Assembly (NCBI GenBank): GCA_964016885.1
Contig: OZ024745.1
Coordinates: forward strand, 123,504,001-123,568,000
Reading direction: 5' to 3'
DNA length: 64,000 bases
Origin: Eledone cirrhosa
Taxonomy: Eukaryota
How positions within the stretch are numbered: position 1 is the first letter of the stretch; every line of letters begins with the position of its first letter. The position numbers and the translations under genes were made by a program. The notes under the pieces are model-generated. The model saw nothing but the letters and a program-made list of their open reading frames with translations, was not told where the DNA came from and made no database searches. Positions 50,147-63,611 of this stretch are shown here, piece after piece.

Positions 50147-50710
50147 GAGTGTATGTATGTATATACATATGTATATATATACATATGTATGTATATATAT
50201 GTAAATATGTATATATATATACATATGTATGTATATATATGTATATATGTATATAAACATATGTATGTGTGTGTATGTATATATGTATATATGTATATAA
50301 ACATATGTATGTATGTATATATATATACACATGTATATATATATACATATGTGTATATATATATATATATATATACGTACGTATGTATATATATGTATAT
50401 ATATACATATGTATGTGTGTGTGTGTATATATACATATGTATGTGTGAATATAACCCATGCTAGCGTCGGAGTTGGATGTTAGACGATGATGATGATGAT
50501 ATATGTATATGTATATATATATATATACATATGTATATATATATACATACATATGTATATATATATACATATGTACATATACATATGTATATATACATGT
50601 GTATATATATATACATGTGTATATTTATACATATGTATATAATAATATACATATGTATGTATATATATATATGTGTATATACATATATATATACAAAATG
50701 TATGTATATA

Positions 50711-50749
<39 letters not shown>

Positions 50750-51001
50750 TATATATATACACATATGTATGTATATATATATGTGTATATATATACATAT
50801 GTATGTGTATATATATATGTGCGTGTGTTTATATGTGTGTGTGTATATATATATATGAATAACTGAATAATTAGAAAAAAAAATAATAGAATATATATAT
50901 AAATGAGGAATAACTTGCTGAAGTTTTGGAAATAATCATATGAAATAATTGAAGAAAACTAAACAAAAAATACATACATATATATACACAAATATATATA
51001 T

Positions 51002-51043
<42 letters not shown>

Positions 51044-51060
51044 ATGTATATATATATATG
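50050..51060. repeat. Long compound (TA)/(TG)/(CA) microsatellite field
   Basis: Direct inspection; similar fields at 19645-19925, 42480-42700, 51650-51815, 52100-52320 and 62400-62780. Confidence 0.95.
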
Positions 51061-51814
51061 GTGGCTGCCAACTCGTTTTCGAGTACGGCCACTACTTTAT
51101 ATCAATGTAGGAGAACCCCTACCGATGCGCTGAACGAGTGTGACTTTTTAGTCCAGCCAGCGACTTGAAAACTCTGGTACAAACACTACACATGTGACAA
51201 TTACTGACACATAGTGCTGGGCCCATGGTACCATGTGATGACAAGTGCAGAGAGATCTCCAAATATAAAGCAATGCCTGTGCCGTGAAGCTTTTATAGTG
51301 AGTAAAGGCACTGCACAAAGCCAGTCCCACTCTCTTAACCAAGATAATAAAGAAGAACAAGTCAACATCATTGGATACCATTAGGGTTGCAGGTGTTATA
51401 TCAGAGTTTTCCTTCTCTTAGAATTCTGCTTTGACAAAGGCTAAGGGGTTATCTCTCCCGGTGATTTTGGATGGCCATTGACTCTTAAGTGCTCCTTTGC
51501 CAGGTTTTGTTTTTAGTCCTGCAGGATGTCCAAAGTCACCCTCCTCACCAAGAAACCTTGGTGGGGTTGCCAGTTTAGTCGCCAATGACCCGACCATGAG
51601 ACAGGTTGTACTGGGATACATGTTACCAGTAGCAGAAACTGGTGACCTGACATATATATGTACACACACAGACTATATATATATTTATATATATATACAC
51701 ACACACATATATATATACATATATATACACACATACTTATATATATATACACACACACGCATATACATATATATATACACACATATACATGTATATATAT
51801 ATATATACACATAT

Positions 51815-52101
51815 CATCATCATCATTTTACGTCCGCTTTTCCCTGCTTGCAAGGGTGGGATGGGAACTGATTCTGGCTTGATTTCTACAGCTGGATGCC
51901 CTTCCTAACACCAACCTCATTTACAGTGACTGCTGGGTGCTTTTTTGCCGTGGCACCTCCACGACCACTTTTCAGTGGAATGATAGGGACTGGGGTCCAT
52001 CTCATTTCTACAGCTGAGTAAACTGGAGCAATGTGAAATAAAGTGTCTTGCTCAAGGAAACAACACATCACCCAATGCTTTAACCACTAAGCCATGTGCC
52101 T
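51815..52101 (-). mobile_element. CORE-type SINE family 2 with RTE tail (head partly deleted)
   Basis: Reverse complement of 35896-36237. Confidence 0.88.
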
Positions 52102-52213
52102 ATGTATATATATATATATATATATATGCATATATATATATATACATGTATATACATGTATATAAATATATATACACATATATATATATATGCATATTTA
52201 TAAACATATGTGC

Positions 52214-52270
<57 letters not shown>

Positions 52271-52628
52271 TGTATTTGTATATATATGTGTGTGTGTATA
52301 AGTATGTATGTATATATATATATCTGCAAGCAGGGAAAAGCGGACGTAAAATGATGATATATATATATTGATATGAACAACTGAACAGTGTATAAAAAAA
52401 TAATAGAATCATATATATATATATATATGCATAAGGAATAATTTGCTGACGTTTTGGAAATAATCATATCAAATAATTGAAGAAAACTAAACAAAAAATA
52501 TTTGTCTTGTTTTGCTCTTGTGTATATTTTGTTTTGCGTAAACTGTTTGACATTAAATTATCAATCTATTTCTACATTGAGACAGAGTGATATCGGAACG
52601 AAGACAGACAGAATAAAAACATAGTTGT

Positions 52629-53641
52629 AAAAATATGATTAAACAAACAAGTACTCAGAATAAAAATGTAACGCTTTAGCATTTACATTATATATACTAT
52701 TGTATTTTCATGGTAAAGGCTTTACCTCACATAATTATCTCACGTAATATCAAATCTATGAGGTTTTGATATTTATTTTGAGAACAATACCTTAACATCA
52801 CTATGAGTGGCTGGTTACAGCCGGTTTGAATAGAGAGACGTGAGAGAATTCTGGCCGGATACAGCCAGTTTAAATACTAAACGGTTAATATGAATGGTAA
52901 AGAATGAAGCAAAATTTCATTTCTCACTCTTAGTACGGCTGATACCTAAATATAAGTATGTATACGTACATACATATATGTATACAGACGTACAGTAGTA
53001 TGTATATATATACATACATGCACACATATATATATGTACGCATGGGTTTACCGAACATTTATTATAATGTTCGGTTTGTTTGTAAACAAACAGCCCGAAT
53101 TTTGCTGTACAGTGCTCGGCAACCTTCGTCGCCCTTTTGTAATTTGGGCTGTTTGTTTACAAACAAACCGAACATTATAATGATTGCTCGGTAAACCCAT
53201 ATGTATATATATATATATATATATGTGCATGTATGTATATATATATATATATACATACTACTGTACGTCTGTACACATATATGTATGTACGTATACATAC
53301 TTATATTTAGGTATCAGCCGTACTAAGAGTGAGAAATGAAATTTAGTTTCATTCTTTTCCATTCATATTAACCGTTTAGTATTTAAACCGACTGTATCCG
53401 GCCAGAATTCTCTCACGTCTCTCTATTCAAACCGGCTGTAACCAGCCACTCATAGTGATGTTAAGGTATTGTTCTCAACATAAATAATATCAAAATCTCA
53501 TAGATTTGATATTATGCGAGATAATTATGTGAGGTAAAGCCTTTACCATGAAAATACAATAGTATATATAATGTAAATATAATGTAAATGCTAAAGGGTT
53601 ACATTTTTATTCTGAGTACTTGTTTGTTTGATCATACTTTT
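52629..53641. repeat. ~1 kb inverted duplication (arms ~470-500 bp, ~39 bp spacer) containing two mirror family C MITEs
   Basis: 52629-53101 is the reverse complement of 53141-53641, including unique sequence, MITEs 52672-52884 and 53372-53598, and microsatellite. Confidence 0.93.
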
Positions 53642-53916
53642 GTTAGTCAGAAGATACAGGGCAGAATCCATGTCTTTTTCAGACTCTCTCATTGGTGAAA
53701 TGTATCTACTTGCAGGGTGTGGGTGTGGGGAAACATATGTGGATATAGTCAGGAAACATACTTGGATATAGTCAAAATGGTTGTAACATAGTAAATAAAC
53801 TCTGTTAGAACAGTGAAGAAATTGGTCCTGGTGCTGATAAATATTAGCAGTAAGTTAATCTGCCACTCAAAAGGTATTAATGACTGAAGACATGTTGGTA
53901 AATAGGTTAGTATATT

Positions 53917-54064
53917 AGGTTTATTAACACTACTGGCGTTGGTGGCAAACTGGACAGTGTGTCAGGTCTATTAACACTACTGGCGTTGGTGGCAAACTGG
54001 ACAGTGTGTCAGGTTTATTAACACAACTGGCGTTGGTGGCAAACTGGACAGTGTTTCAGGTCTA
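53917..54064. repeat. 47 bp tandem repeat, 3 copies
   Basis: aggtttattaacactactggcgttggtggcaaactggacagtgtgtc at 53917, 53964 and 54011. Confidence 0.95.
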
Positions 54065-54173
54065 CCAGCCAAAACTATGGTTTTAACTCTTTTGTTACCA
54101 TATTTGTAATAACCATATTTGAAAATATACAAAAATATGGGGAGATTTAGTAACAACTGTCTCATTATTTAGT

Positions 54174-54594
54174 TGGTGGTGGATTGGCAGTATCGGTAGA
54201 GCACTGGACAATATGCTTCACAGTATAGAGTTACATCCTTTTACATTTTGAGTTTAAATTCTGTCATCGTTAGCTTTGCCTTTCTTTATTACGAAGCTGA
54301 TAAAATAAAGTACCAGTAACACAATTGGATCTATTTAATCGATTTTCTCCATCCTCCAAAATTGGTGGCCTTGTGCTTAAATCAGAAACCATTATTTAGT
54401 TGGCATAGCAGTGGATTTGCAGTATCGGTAGAGGGTCGGACGCCATGCTTTCCAGCATAGTTACGTCCCTTTACGATCTGAGTTCAAATCCCGCCGAGGT
54501 TTACTTTGCCTTTCAACCTTATGGGGTCGATAAAATAAAGTACCAGTAATGGACAGGGTAATTGCTGGCCTTGTGCCTAAAGTAGAAACAATTA
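54174..54594 (+). mobile_element. Two tandem SINE family 1 copies
   Basis: attatttagttgg occurs before, between and after the two copies. Confidence 0.88.
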
Positions 54595-56719
54595 TTTAGT
54601 TGGCATTTGGAGCATAACTTAACAAAGGTTCTTATATACTATTATTATGGAAGGTCTTAGTATAAATATAAATACTCTAAATCAGTTTAGGACTAGGGGC
54701 AAGATGGTTTACTATCAAAAGGGATAATAGTGTATGATACTGTATGATTGAAATGTTGTTTAGCAGACTTATAGATCACTTGTTTAACTATACTACTTCT
54801 AATGAGCCATATGTCATAAAGTAGATACATTAGATGCAGGGGTTCAATTCCTTACTGGTCAGCCTCATGCAGAGCTCTGGTGATGATCAGGGCAAATCTT
54901 GATTGTATGTCCCAAAGACTCAAGTATAAGACCTCATATACTGAGAAATATTATGAGAAAGGAAAACGTTTTGAATATATAAACACAGGTGGAACATGAA
55001 ATAAACACTTTATTCAAATTTAATATAAATCAATCAAATTTATTAAGCTCTTTTCCCCAAAGGATGCTCGGACCCAAAGCACTGTGCCCCCCCCCTTCCT
55101 GCACGATACTATATCTGGTGCCTCTGCCCCATTTTTTCTTTCCCCAGGGGTACTTTACCTGATTTTCTCAACAATTATTTATAATGTTCGACTGTTATTA
55201 TTATTATAGTTATTTTCATTGGGACATACACACATTACAAATTATTATTATAGTTATTTTCATTGGGACATACACACATTACAAATTTCCTCAATCCTTA
55301 TGTCAACTATTTTGTGTGTATTAGACTGTTTTAATACTAACTATCAATTATCACTACTTTGATAGAGACAATAACAAATATCTCTACAAGGAGCTAGAGA
55401 AATGCAGTATGGAGAATGGGTGTGAGAAAGATAGATAGATAGGTAGATAGAAAGATAGATAGAGAGAGAGAGGATACTAATACTGGAGTGATAGTTCTTT
55501 TTATGTATTTTTTCCTAACATTCTACTGTTCCACTTTCTCCATTTTGTTTCCATATAACTGTGCACGTGGACATACATACAAAAGATAAAGATTTAATCA
55601 TCACTTGTATTTCTTTCATTTTACAAACAACAAATATTTCCCACATAGTTGCAACAGTGGCACTTGAGATAACACTGGTGCTGCTACCAGCAGCCATTTT
55701 AGAACTTGTAAGAATTAATATCTTTTACTGTATTATGATGAAAGTAGTGATTGTGACATATCTATTGCAGCCTATTCCACAAAAGAACAGAGTAAAATAA
55801 TGAAAACAAAAAGCGAGGAAAGAAAAAGCGACAAAAGTGTACTATCTTTCTTTTGAAGAAGCATTGCTTCTTAATTGATTTTCCCCAAACTGAATTTATT
55901 TCCTTTTGATTCTCACCTCAGCCTGACCCTCCTAATAGATCTAAGGCTCTATGCCATGTATAAATGTACACTGTGTCCGCTGAGCATGCATGTAAATGTG
56001 TATACATTGAGAGTTAAGCATACATGCTGTAGTACTTAATTCTGGCAAATTCATTTTGTTTCCTTGTTGCCTATTTTGTCTTCATTTCCCACTGCTGCCA
56101 TGAGTAATAGTTAAAGCTAATTGCTTAAGGTAGCTAGACTTTCAAATCTCTCATGGCTTAATTCTTTGATGTAATGATTTCATGTGATTAGTCAATGGAT
56201 ATACTGTTCTCTACGTGGATGCTTAGGGAATTTCTTTGGGATACATTTCTTTTTCTTTTATTATTTCAAGTTATTTCCTCAAAATTGTTTTTGTGTTGTT
56301 GCTTACCATGTAAAAGAAGACACTAATTCTAGTTTTTGCAGATTCAGATTCTTTGCAAATGCTTTCATGGTAACAATAACTTTGATATAAAAGTGGTTTT
56401 CATATACTTAAAGGGCACTCTTATTGCAGTATTTATTTCTAAAAAACAAGAAAAAGGAAAAAAAGGAAAAAAATAGCTTACTTGCATTCATGCAAATAAA
56501 TTAGTAGTAGTAGTAGTGGTGGTGGTGGTGAGTAGTAAAAGGCGAGGCGAACAAAATAAATGTAAAAGAAACTTTTGTTCTGGACATAAAGCAGTTCGCC
56601 ACATCTTTGCATTTATTTATCACAGCCAAAGATAGTATATATATGGTTACAAATTTATTCATAGATAACATATATGTTTGAATAATGGTCAATATAATAA
56701 TAATGGTAAAGAGTCTAAT

Positions 56720-58930
56720 CATCATCACCATCATCATCATCATTTAACAACTGTTTTTCGTACTAACATCAGTTGAACAGATTGACACTGACCAATTCAG
56801 TACATAATCAGAGCTACTAACTCCTCAGAGGGGCTGGGTAGCTGCATATTACTTACATACCGATTCCACACCCTGCAGACAGCACTAGGGACATTTTATC
56901 TTGGCACTAGAACTAGGAAAGTTATCAAGTTCTTGATGCAACTGAAGTCCTCCAGTCTATTTGTCTGGTAAAGTTTGTATGGCTGATGCCCTTCCTGTCA
57001 TCAACCACCTTACAGTGTGTATTGGGTATATTTTTTGTGACACTAGCAGTGGTGAGGTTGTCATGTAATGATTGGAGTATTCTCTCAACCCTTTTTTGCA
57101 TGGTTACTTCAGTTGGAAGTCCTTCAAAACACAAACCACTATCGTAGTCTACTGGATGCATTTTCTCATGGCACCAACACGGGCAGTTATTGGTTATGTA
57201 CTCTTTCAGAAGCCCCCCCCCCCCCCCCCCCTACCCTCTACATTTCCATACCACCCTTTTTCATCTCTGTCTTGAGGTTCAGTTTCCAAAGGTCAGTCTG
57301 CACTATTTCATCCCATGTATAAGAGTCCCACCCAACAAAGATTTCTCCCTATTTCTTTATACACCTGTCATTTCCCATATGCATTACATGTCTATGTCTT
57401 CACAGTCTTCTCCCTTGCTCACTGCATTGGACCTAACCCCTCTTGTACAAGTTTCAACTCAGCTTGATTATGTAATGCTATTCAGACACACTAACATAAA
57501 TTTATACATTTACCATACTTATTTCAGTTCTTTTTAGCTTTCACATGTCTCCACTGACCCATTTCTCATTGCAATGTAGCATTGAGGTTTGCTCACATGC
57601 ATCATACAGTCTACCCTTCATTCTAAGCAAGAAGCTCTTTGTTGTTAGCAACTTGTTCTTACTTTTGCTACCAAACTTTCAGAGCATACTTCCCCCTGCT
57701 TATTAGGCCACTTAGATAACAAATACTGTCAACAACTTCTAGAGAGTCTCACTGGCAATTGTGGCAATCTATATCATGTGTGCTCTTATGACTTACTCCT
57801 CCATTAATCTGTCTGTAATCCCATTAGATCTCTTGTGTGTCCATATGTTAGACTGTGTGCACCTTATGGTTTTACTTCTCACACCTTTTCAACATATAAA
57901 ACAAGACCACTTCCTTTATCGTATCAGCTTCTTGTTATCTTTTATCAGTATTTTAGTCTTCGCTAAGTTTACTTTTAGGCCTTTTGATTCCAAGTTTTTC
58001 TTTCTGGTCTGGAATTTTGTCTTTAGCTCTTCCACTGATTTGGCTGCACGAGTTCCTATGGAGTACCAAGTCTTAAACACATGGTATGACCATCTTCCCA
58101 TTCCGCGATGGCAAACCCCTCGTCTGGGATGCCACTTACAGTGACACTTTCTCCAGCCGCAACCTGGTGCAGTCTGCGACTAACCCGGGATCTGCTGCAC
58201 TTTGGGCCGAGGAAGCCAAACTCTCCAAGAACCGGTCACTCTCCGACAGGTTCGCGGTCGTGCCCATGGCAGTGGAGACTTCTGGTGTCCTTGGCCCTAG
58301 GCCTACCTCGCTATTCACCACCATAGGCGCTGATCTACCCAGCCGCAGGTGTGAGCCTCGCGAGTTGGAATTGCTCTTCCGGCACATCTCCCTTACCATC
58401 CTCCGGGGAAACGCCTTCTCCATCCTGTCCACCGGGACTGAGCCCTAGTGGATCCCCACCTGCACTTCAAATTCATCACTGTATTCATTGCCAACTTTCA
58501 CTTGGTTGGTTGCACCTTTATACATGGCTTGCATTGCTCATATGAGCTTCCCATTTATATCTAGCTTCCTTAACACCCACCATTTTATGGAGTGGGGAAC
58601 TCTGCTGAAGGCCTCCTCCAGATCTACAAATGCTAGGTGCAGTGGCTTCCGCTTAGATAAGTATTTCTCCTGCAGTTGTCTTACAAGAAAGAAGGCAATG
58701 ACACTAACCCCACCTGGCATAAAGCCACACTGTACCTCATCTAGCTTTGTTCTGTCCCTAATTGTGCTATAATCGTTTCATTAACTTTGATAACCTAGCC
58801 TATCATCTCCTGTCTCTGTAGTTATCTTATTCTACTGTGTCTCCTTAGTCCTTGTAGCAGTTTGCAATGATACTGTTGTGCCAGTCATTGAATATGACAC
58901 CACCTTGGACTGTTTGATTAATTATGCACC
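56720..58930 (-). mobile_element. Old, highly degenerate RTE LINE interrupted by a CRE fragment
   Basis: FLVRQLQEKYLSKRKPLHLAFVDLEEAFSRVP; LESKGLKVNLAKTK; RTE 3' UTR motif ggctgatgcccttcct; (GAT)n tail. Confidence 0.75.
58058..58452 (+). mobile_element. CRE-clade non-LTR retrotransposon 3' fragment (restriction-like endonuclease region)
   Basis: ORF 58086-58448: GMTIFPFRDGKPLVWDATYSDTF...AEEAKLSK...PMAVETSGVLG...LFRHISLTILRGNA; GC-rich relative to flanks. Confidence 0.8.
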
Positions 58931-59997
58931 CGACTAGCTTGTAATCTAATATGTTTTAGTACCCCAAACCACACAGCCCTTCTTATAATGTGGTAATACC
59001 TTTGTCATAATAAAATATACCCAGTGGTTGGCTTTAGAGGTCTAGCCATTGCAGGTAGGAATATCTATGTTCTCCATAGACAAAGATCCTACTGCTTCAT
59101 GGTTAGGCATGTGAAGATACATAGCTTACTTAAAAACAAGTGATGGTTCGCATCAGCAGGGAGATCCGGTCATAAGATTCTGCCTCAAAATGACTTGAGC
59201 CACCCATGTCAGTATGGAAAAAAAAGAGGCACATAACACGGATGATAATGACAATGATGGTGATGGTGATGATGATGATGATGATGTGTAGTGTTGTTGC
59301 TGAACAGATATTCTGTCTGCTGTGTATATTAAAAAAATAGGAGAATATTTGTGTAGATAAGATTATTTAGCTGCCCATGTTGTAGGAAGATTTCTTACTG
59401 CATGATCAGTTTGATTCTGAACCAAGATTTAGCTGACATTATACTGCATCAATTTTATATCTGGTTAGGTGACTATCATATAGAAAACAATAGCCCCTAA
59501 ATGCTGGGTCATCTTTACTGGGAGTCAGCAGATAAGATGAAACTTTCTATTATAAAGGACATATCAAGATTGACATTTTTATAATGATGCCTCTTATATA
59601 TTATTTGTAATCACATTGTGTACTCCTTTAAATGTATATTTGTTTGCACATACATGCATGCACAAATCCATATTCCTACCACCCTTAGCCCACCCCGATG
59701 GGGGTCATAATAGGTATGAGTGGAAAATTTCCAGTCAGCTGAAATTACTCCCATGATTTCAAGACAAAAACTCTGTTTAGGGTTGTTCTGAACTAACAGC
59801 GAAAGAAAGAACTCTTACAATATCAGTTGATCCAAATTTTTTGGGGAGAAACAATGCAGTAAGAGTTGGCCTTATCTTTATAGCCAACTGGTGAAGGCAG
59901 TGGAAATGTTTCAATCTTATTAGAGCTTCTCAGCTTTGCAGATTCTCTTGCTGTTGGCTTTACTTAGTATGACTTAAAAAAATACTGTGAAAGTCAT

Positions 59998-60345
59998 ATC
60001 ATCATCATCATCATCATCATCATCATCGTCGTCTATCTTCTACGCTAGAATGGGTTAGGCGGGAATTGTCCTACTTGAGGCAAGATTGATTGGGTGACCA
60101 TGTCTCACTCGTATAGGACTGTATTTGACAGGTTTTCTATGGCTGGATGCCCTTCCTAACACCAACCACATTTACAATGTGGACTGGGTCCTTTTTGTCG
60201 TGACACCTGCACAACCTCTTTAGTGTGGACTGGATGTTCTGTGGTACCAACATAACGTTACAGAGAAAGGGTGGTGGGAGTGGGAGGATGGGGTAGTGGG
60301 TTGGAGTGTATATTTGGTTACAGGGTGCCTACTGACTGTAGGTTT
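59998..60345 (-). mobile_element. RTE 3' UTR fragment with (GAT)n tail
   Basis: Matches 25770-26158 in reverse. Confidence 0.85.
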
Positions 60346-60708
60346 AACAGCTTCTCATTTCTGCCCTAATAAAATATATTCATCTGCATTTCTAAAAATA
60401 TCTAAAATCATCAGCTTTTAGACTAATTCTGTTCTCTTGGAAAATTATGAGCTTTCTTTTAAAATTTGCCAGGAGAGCAATTTTTCTTCAGAATGTCTCA
60501 GATTTGTTTCAGCAGCATTATTTTTATATTTGCTTTTCTATAATTTTCATTTAACCCATGCTAGTGTGGAAAATGGACGTAAAATGGCGATGATGACTCC
60601 GATGATGCTGGCATGGATTGGATGAGACTTTTTTTGGTAGTTTTTCTATGGCCGGTGTCTTGATGTCAACTCATACTATATTTTGAAGTGATGTATATAC
60701 TGATAGTG

Positions 60709-61040
60709 AAGGCACATGGCTTAGTGGTTAGAGCATTGGGCTTGCAATTGGAAGGTTGTGAATTTCATTCTCGGACCGAGTGATGCATTGTGTCCTTGAG
60801 CAAGACACTTTATTTCTCGTAGCTCCAGATTACTCAGCTGTAGAAATGAGTTGCGACGTCACTGGCGTCAAGGTTTATCAGTCATTGCCTCCCCTTGGAC
60901 AACATCGGTGCTGTGGCGAGGAGAGACTGGTATGCATGGGGGACTACTGGTCTTCCACATAAGACATTGCCCAGGCTTGTGCCTCAGGGGGAAACTTTCT
61001 AGGTGCAAAACCACGGTAATTCGTGACTGAGTGGGGCCTT
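60709..61040 (+). mobile_element. CORE-type SINE with a different 3' region
   Basis: Same head and core as family 2, diverging after gtagaaatgag; degenerate relative at 3105-3370. Confidence 0.8.
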
Positions 61041-62395
61041 CATATTCATGTATATTCTTATGATGTTTCAGACCTGAATAAGTTATGTTAGACTAAATCC
61101 TTAGAAAGCAATGCCCCAGCAAGGCCACAGCCCAATAACTGAAACCAATAAAGAATAAAAGATGAGTATAAACTTCAAACAAAAGAGCTCCCTCTTCAAT
61201 ATAGTGATTGTTACAGTAAACATTCTAGCATGTCCTATTACAAGTTAACAATTTACTGGCGAAATTACCTGGGAATTACACACAGTTTATTTAACATTTA
61301 ACCAATCATCATCTTCACGTTCTTTTGTTTGTTTGACTGGCGAACTGAGGATCGGTTTGTGTTTATCAAATTTTATTTCTGACATCTTTATCTCGGTAAC
61401 CTCATTACATTAGTAGAATCCATAACAAACATCAGTGATGCAACAAAGCTTTAGTATTTGTTGTATCTGTGAAGCTTGACTGCTTATCATTTATCTGGCT
61501 CTTTTCTTTGATCTACTATTTGTGTTCGCTTAGTTTTCAATCATCATTCTGCCCCCCCCCCCCCCAAAAAAAAATGAAAATAAAATAAAATAAAATAAAA
61601 CAAAACAAAAACAACAATTCCAAACAAACAAATATAAGTAGAGTAATCGATAGATAATTTTGCAATCATTTGGCATTTGTATGCATGAATAAATCACAGT
61701 GAGCATTTAAAACATAGTGGCAATGCATGTGAACTCAGCTGTGAGATGGCTAATGCTGGGGGAAGCCTAGAAATTCCATAATGGCTCCCATTGTCATGTC
61801 CGTCTCCTCCTGCTGCTCTCCAATGTAAGTACTATAAAGCTGTTATGGTTAAATACTGAAATTGTCTGCTTTCCAATTAACTATGGAATAGAATAATAAC
61901 CATACGGTCGCTAATAGCATCGACTGCCTCAATAAAATGAGAATATGTAATGCACCACAGAGCAAGGTGCATGTATGTGTGTGTTTATATATTTATTTAT
62001 ATATATATATTATTATATATACATATATACATACACAGCCCCACACAACAGAGTTTCACACATACAAAAAACAAAAATGCATCTACACACCTCCCTACAT
62101 ACTGCTACTCTATTCTCTACTTATGTTTCCTGTTTGGTTGGTTAATTTATCAGTTCAGTTCTGTTTGCTTGAAAGCCCAAGCATAGAGTAAGTGCTTTCC
62201 TTGGCTATCAAATAATGACAGATGAGACTTCATGATCACAGCTGTGGCTATAAAATCAGAATAATACTATTTTGTCAAAATGATTTTTTGTTTGTCTTAT
62301 ATATAAAGAATTTATATAGAAACTTTAGTTTAATATTGCATCCTAACCATTTTCAATAGTTTTTCTGTGTTGATATCATTTACAAGCACACACAT

Positions 62396-62454
<59 letters not shown>

Positions 62455-62558
62455 CTCTCTCTCTATATATATATATATATAATCATCATTTAACGTCCAT
62501 ATATATGTATGTATATACACATTCACACACACACATATATGTATACACATACATATGC

Positions 62559-62600
<42 letters not shown>

Positions 62601-63164
62601 AATATACATATATATATATGTATATATATGTATGTATATATATATATGTGTATGTATGTATGTATATATATATATGTATGTATATATGTATGTGTATATA
62701 TATATATGTATGTGTATATATATATGTATGTGTATATATATATGTATATATATATATGTATATGTATATATATATATCATCATCATCATCATTTAATGTC
62801 CATATATATATACACACATATATTCACATACATATGCCTACTCTCTCTCTCTTACACACACATCCTATATACAATGTAGTAAATAGATTGTTACAGTTCA
62901 TACAACTGTATTTATATATCTCTATATATTGTTTTGCAATAAATTCTTGTTGAATTCCAATGCTCTACATTAATGAATGGATTGCATAAGCTTGAACTGG
63001 AACACTTATCTGCTCCACTTTTAGTTGCGTTTGGGATTCTTTGAATTGCCTGTATTTTTGTATTCATTACTTGATGTATTTACCTGGAAAGCTTTGATTG
63101 AGTGAGGAAGCAAGCACAAACCTTTTCACCCTACTACCCCTATAAACATCACATTTTACATCTA

Positions 63165-63310
63165 ACATGATATTGAATCTATGAGATTTTGATATTATTT
63201 ATTTTGAGAACAATACCATGACATCAGTATGATTGGCTTGTTACAGCCAGTTTGAACAGAAAGAGGTGAGAGAATTCTGGCCAGATATGGCTGGTTTAAA
63301 TACTGAAGGG
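63165..63310 (+). mobile_element. piggyBac-type MITE family C, 5' truncated
   Basis: Family body ending gaaggg-ttaa. Confidence 0.78.
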
Positions 63311-63611
63311 TTAAGGATAACCAACAACAACAAAAATGATATTCCCATTCACCCTCTTTACTTCTCTTCTTCCAATCACAAGCAGCTCTGCTGCCATCGC
63401 CACCACCAATACCACCACCACCAATACCACCACCACCACTACCACTACCACCATTACTACTACGTCTCTTACGCATTACTGAAAGAATAACTTTTATTCT
63501 TGGACACTTGATGGCTGAATAGTTAAGAAGTTTACATTTTAATGATGTGGTTCTGGGTTTGATTCTACTGCATTGTATTATGGGCAGCTGTCTGTTGCCA
63601 CAGCTTTTGTT

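Noticed and set aside
49989-50862. Many Tyr/Ile/His/Thr-rich ORFs (also 19607-19946, 33463-34309, 62367-62953)
   Set aside because: Translations of (TA)/(CA)/(TG) microsatellites.
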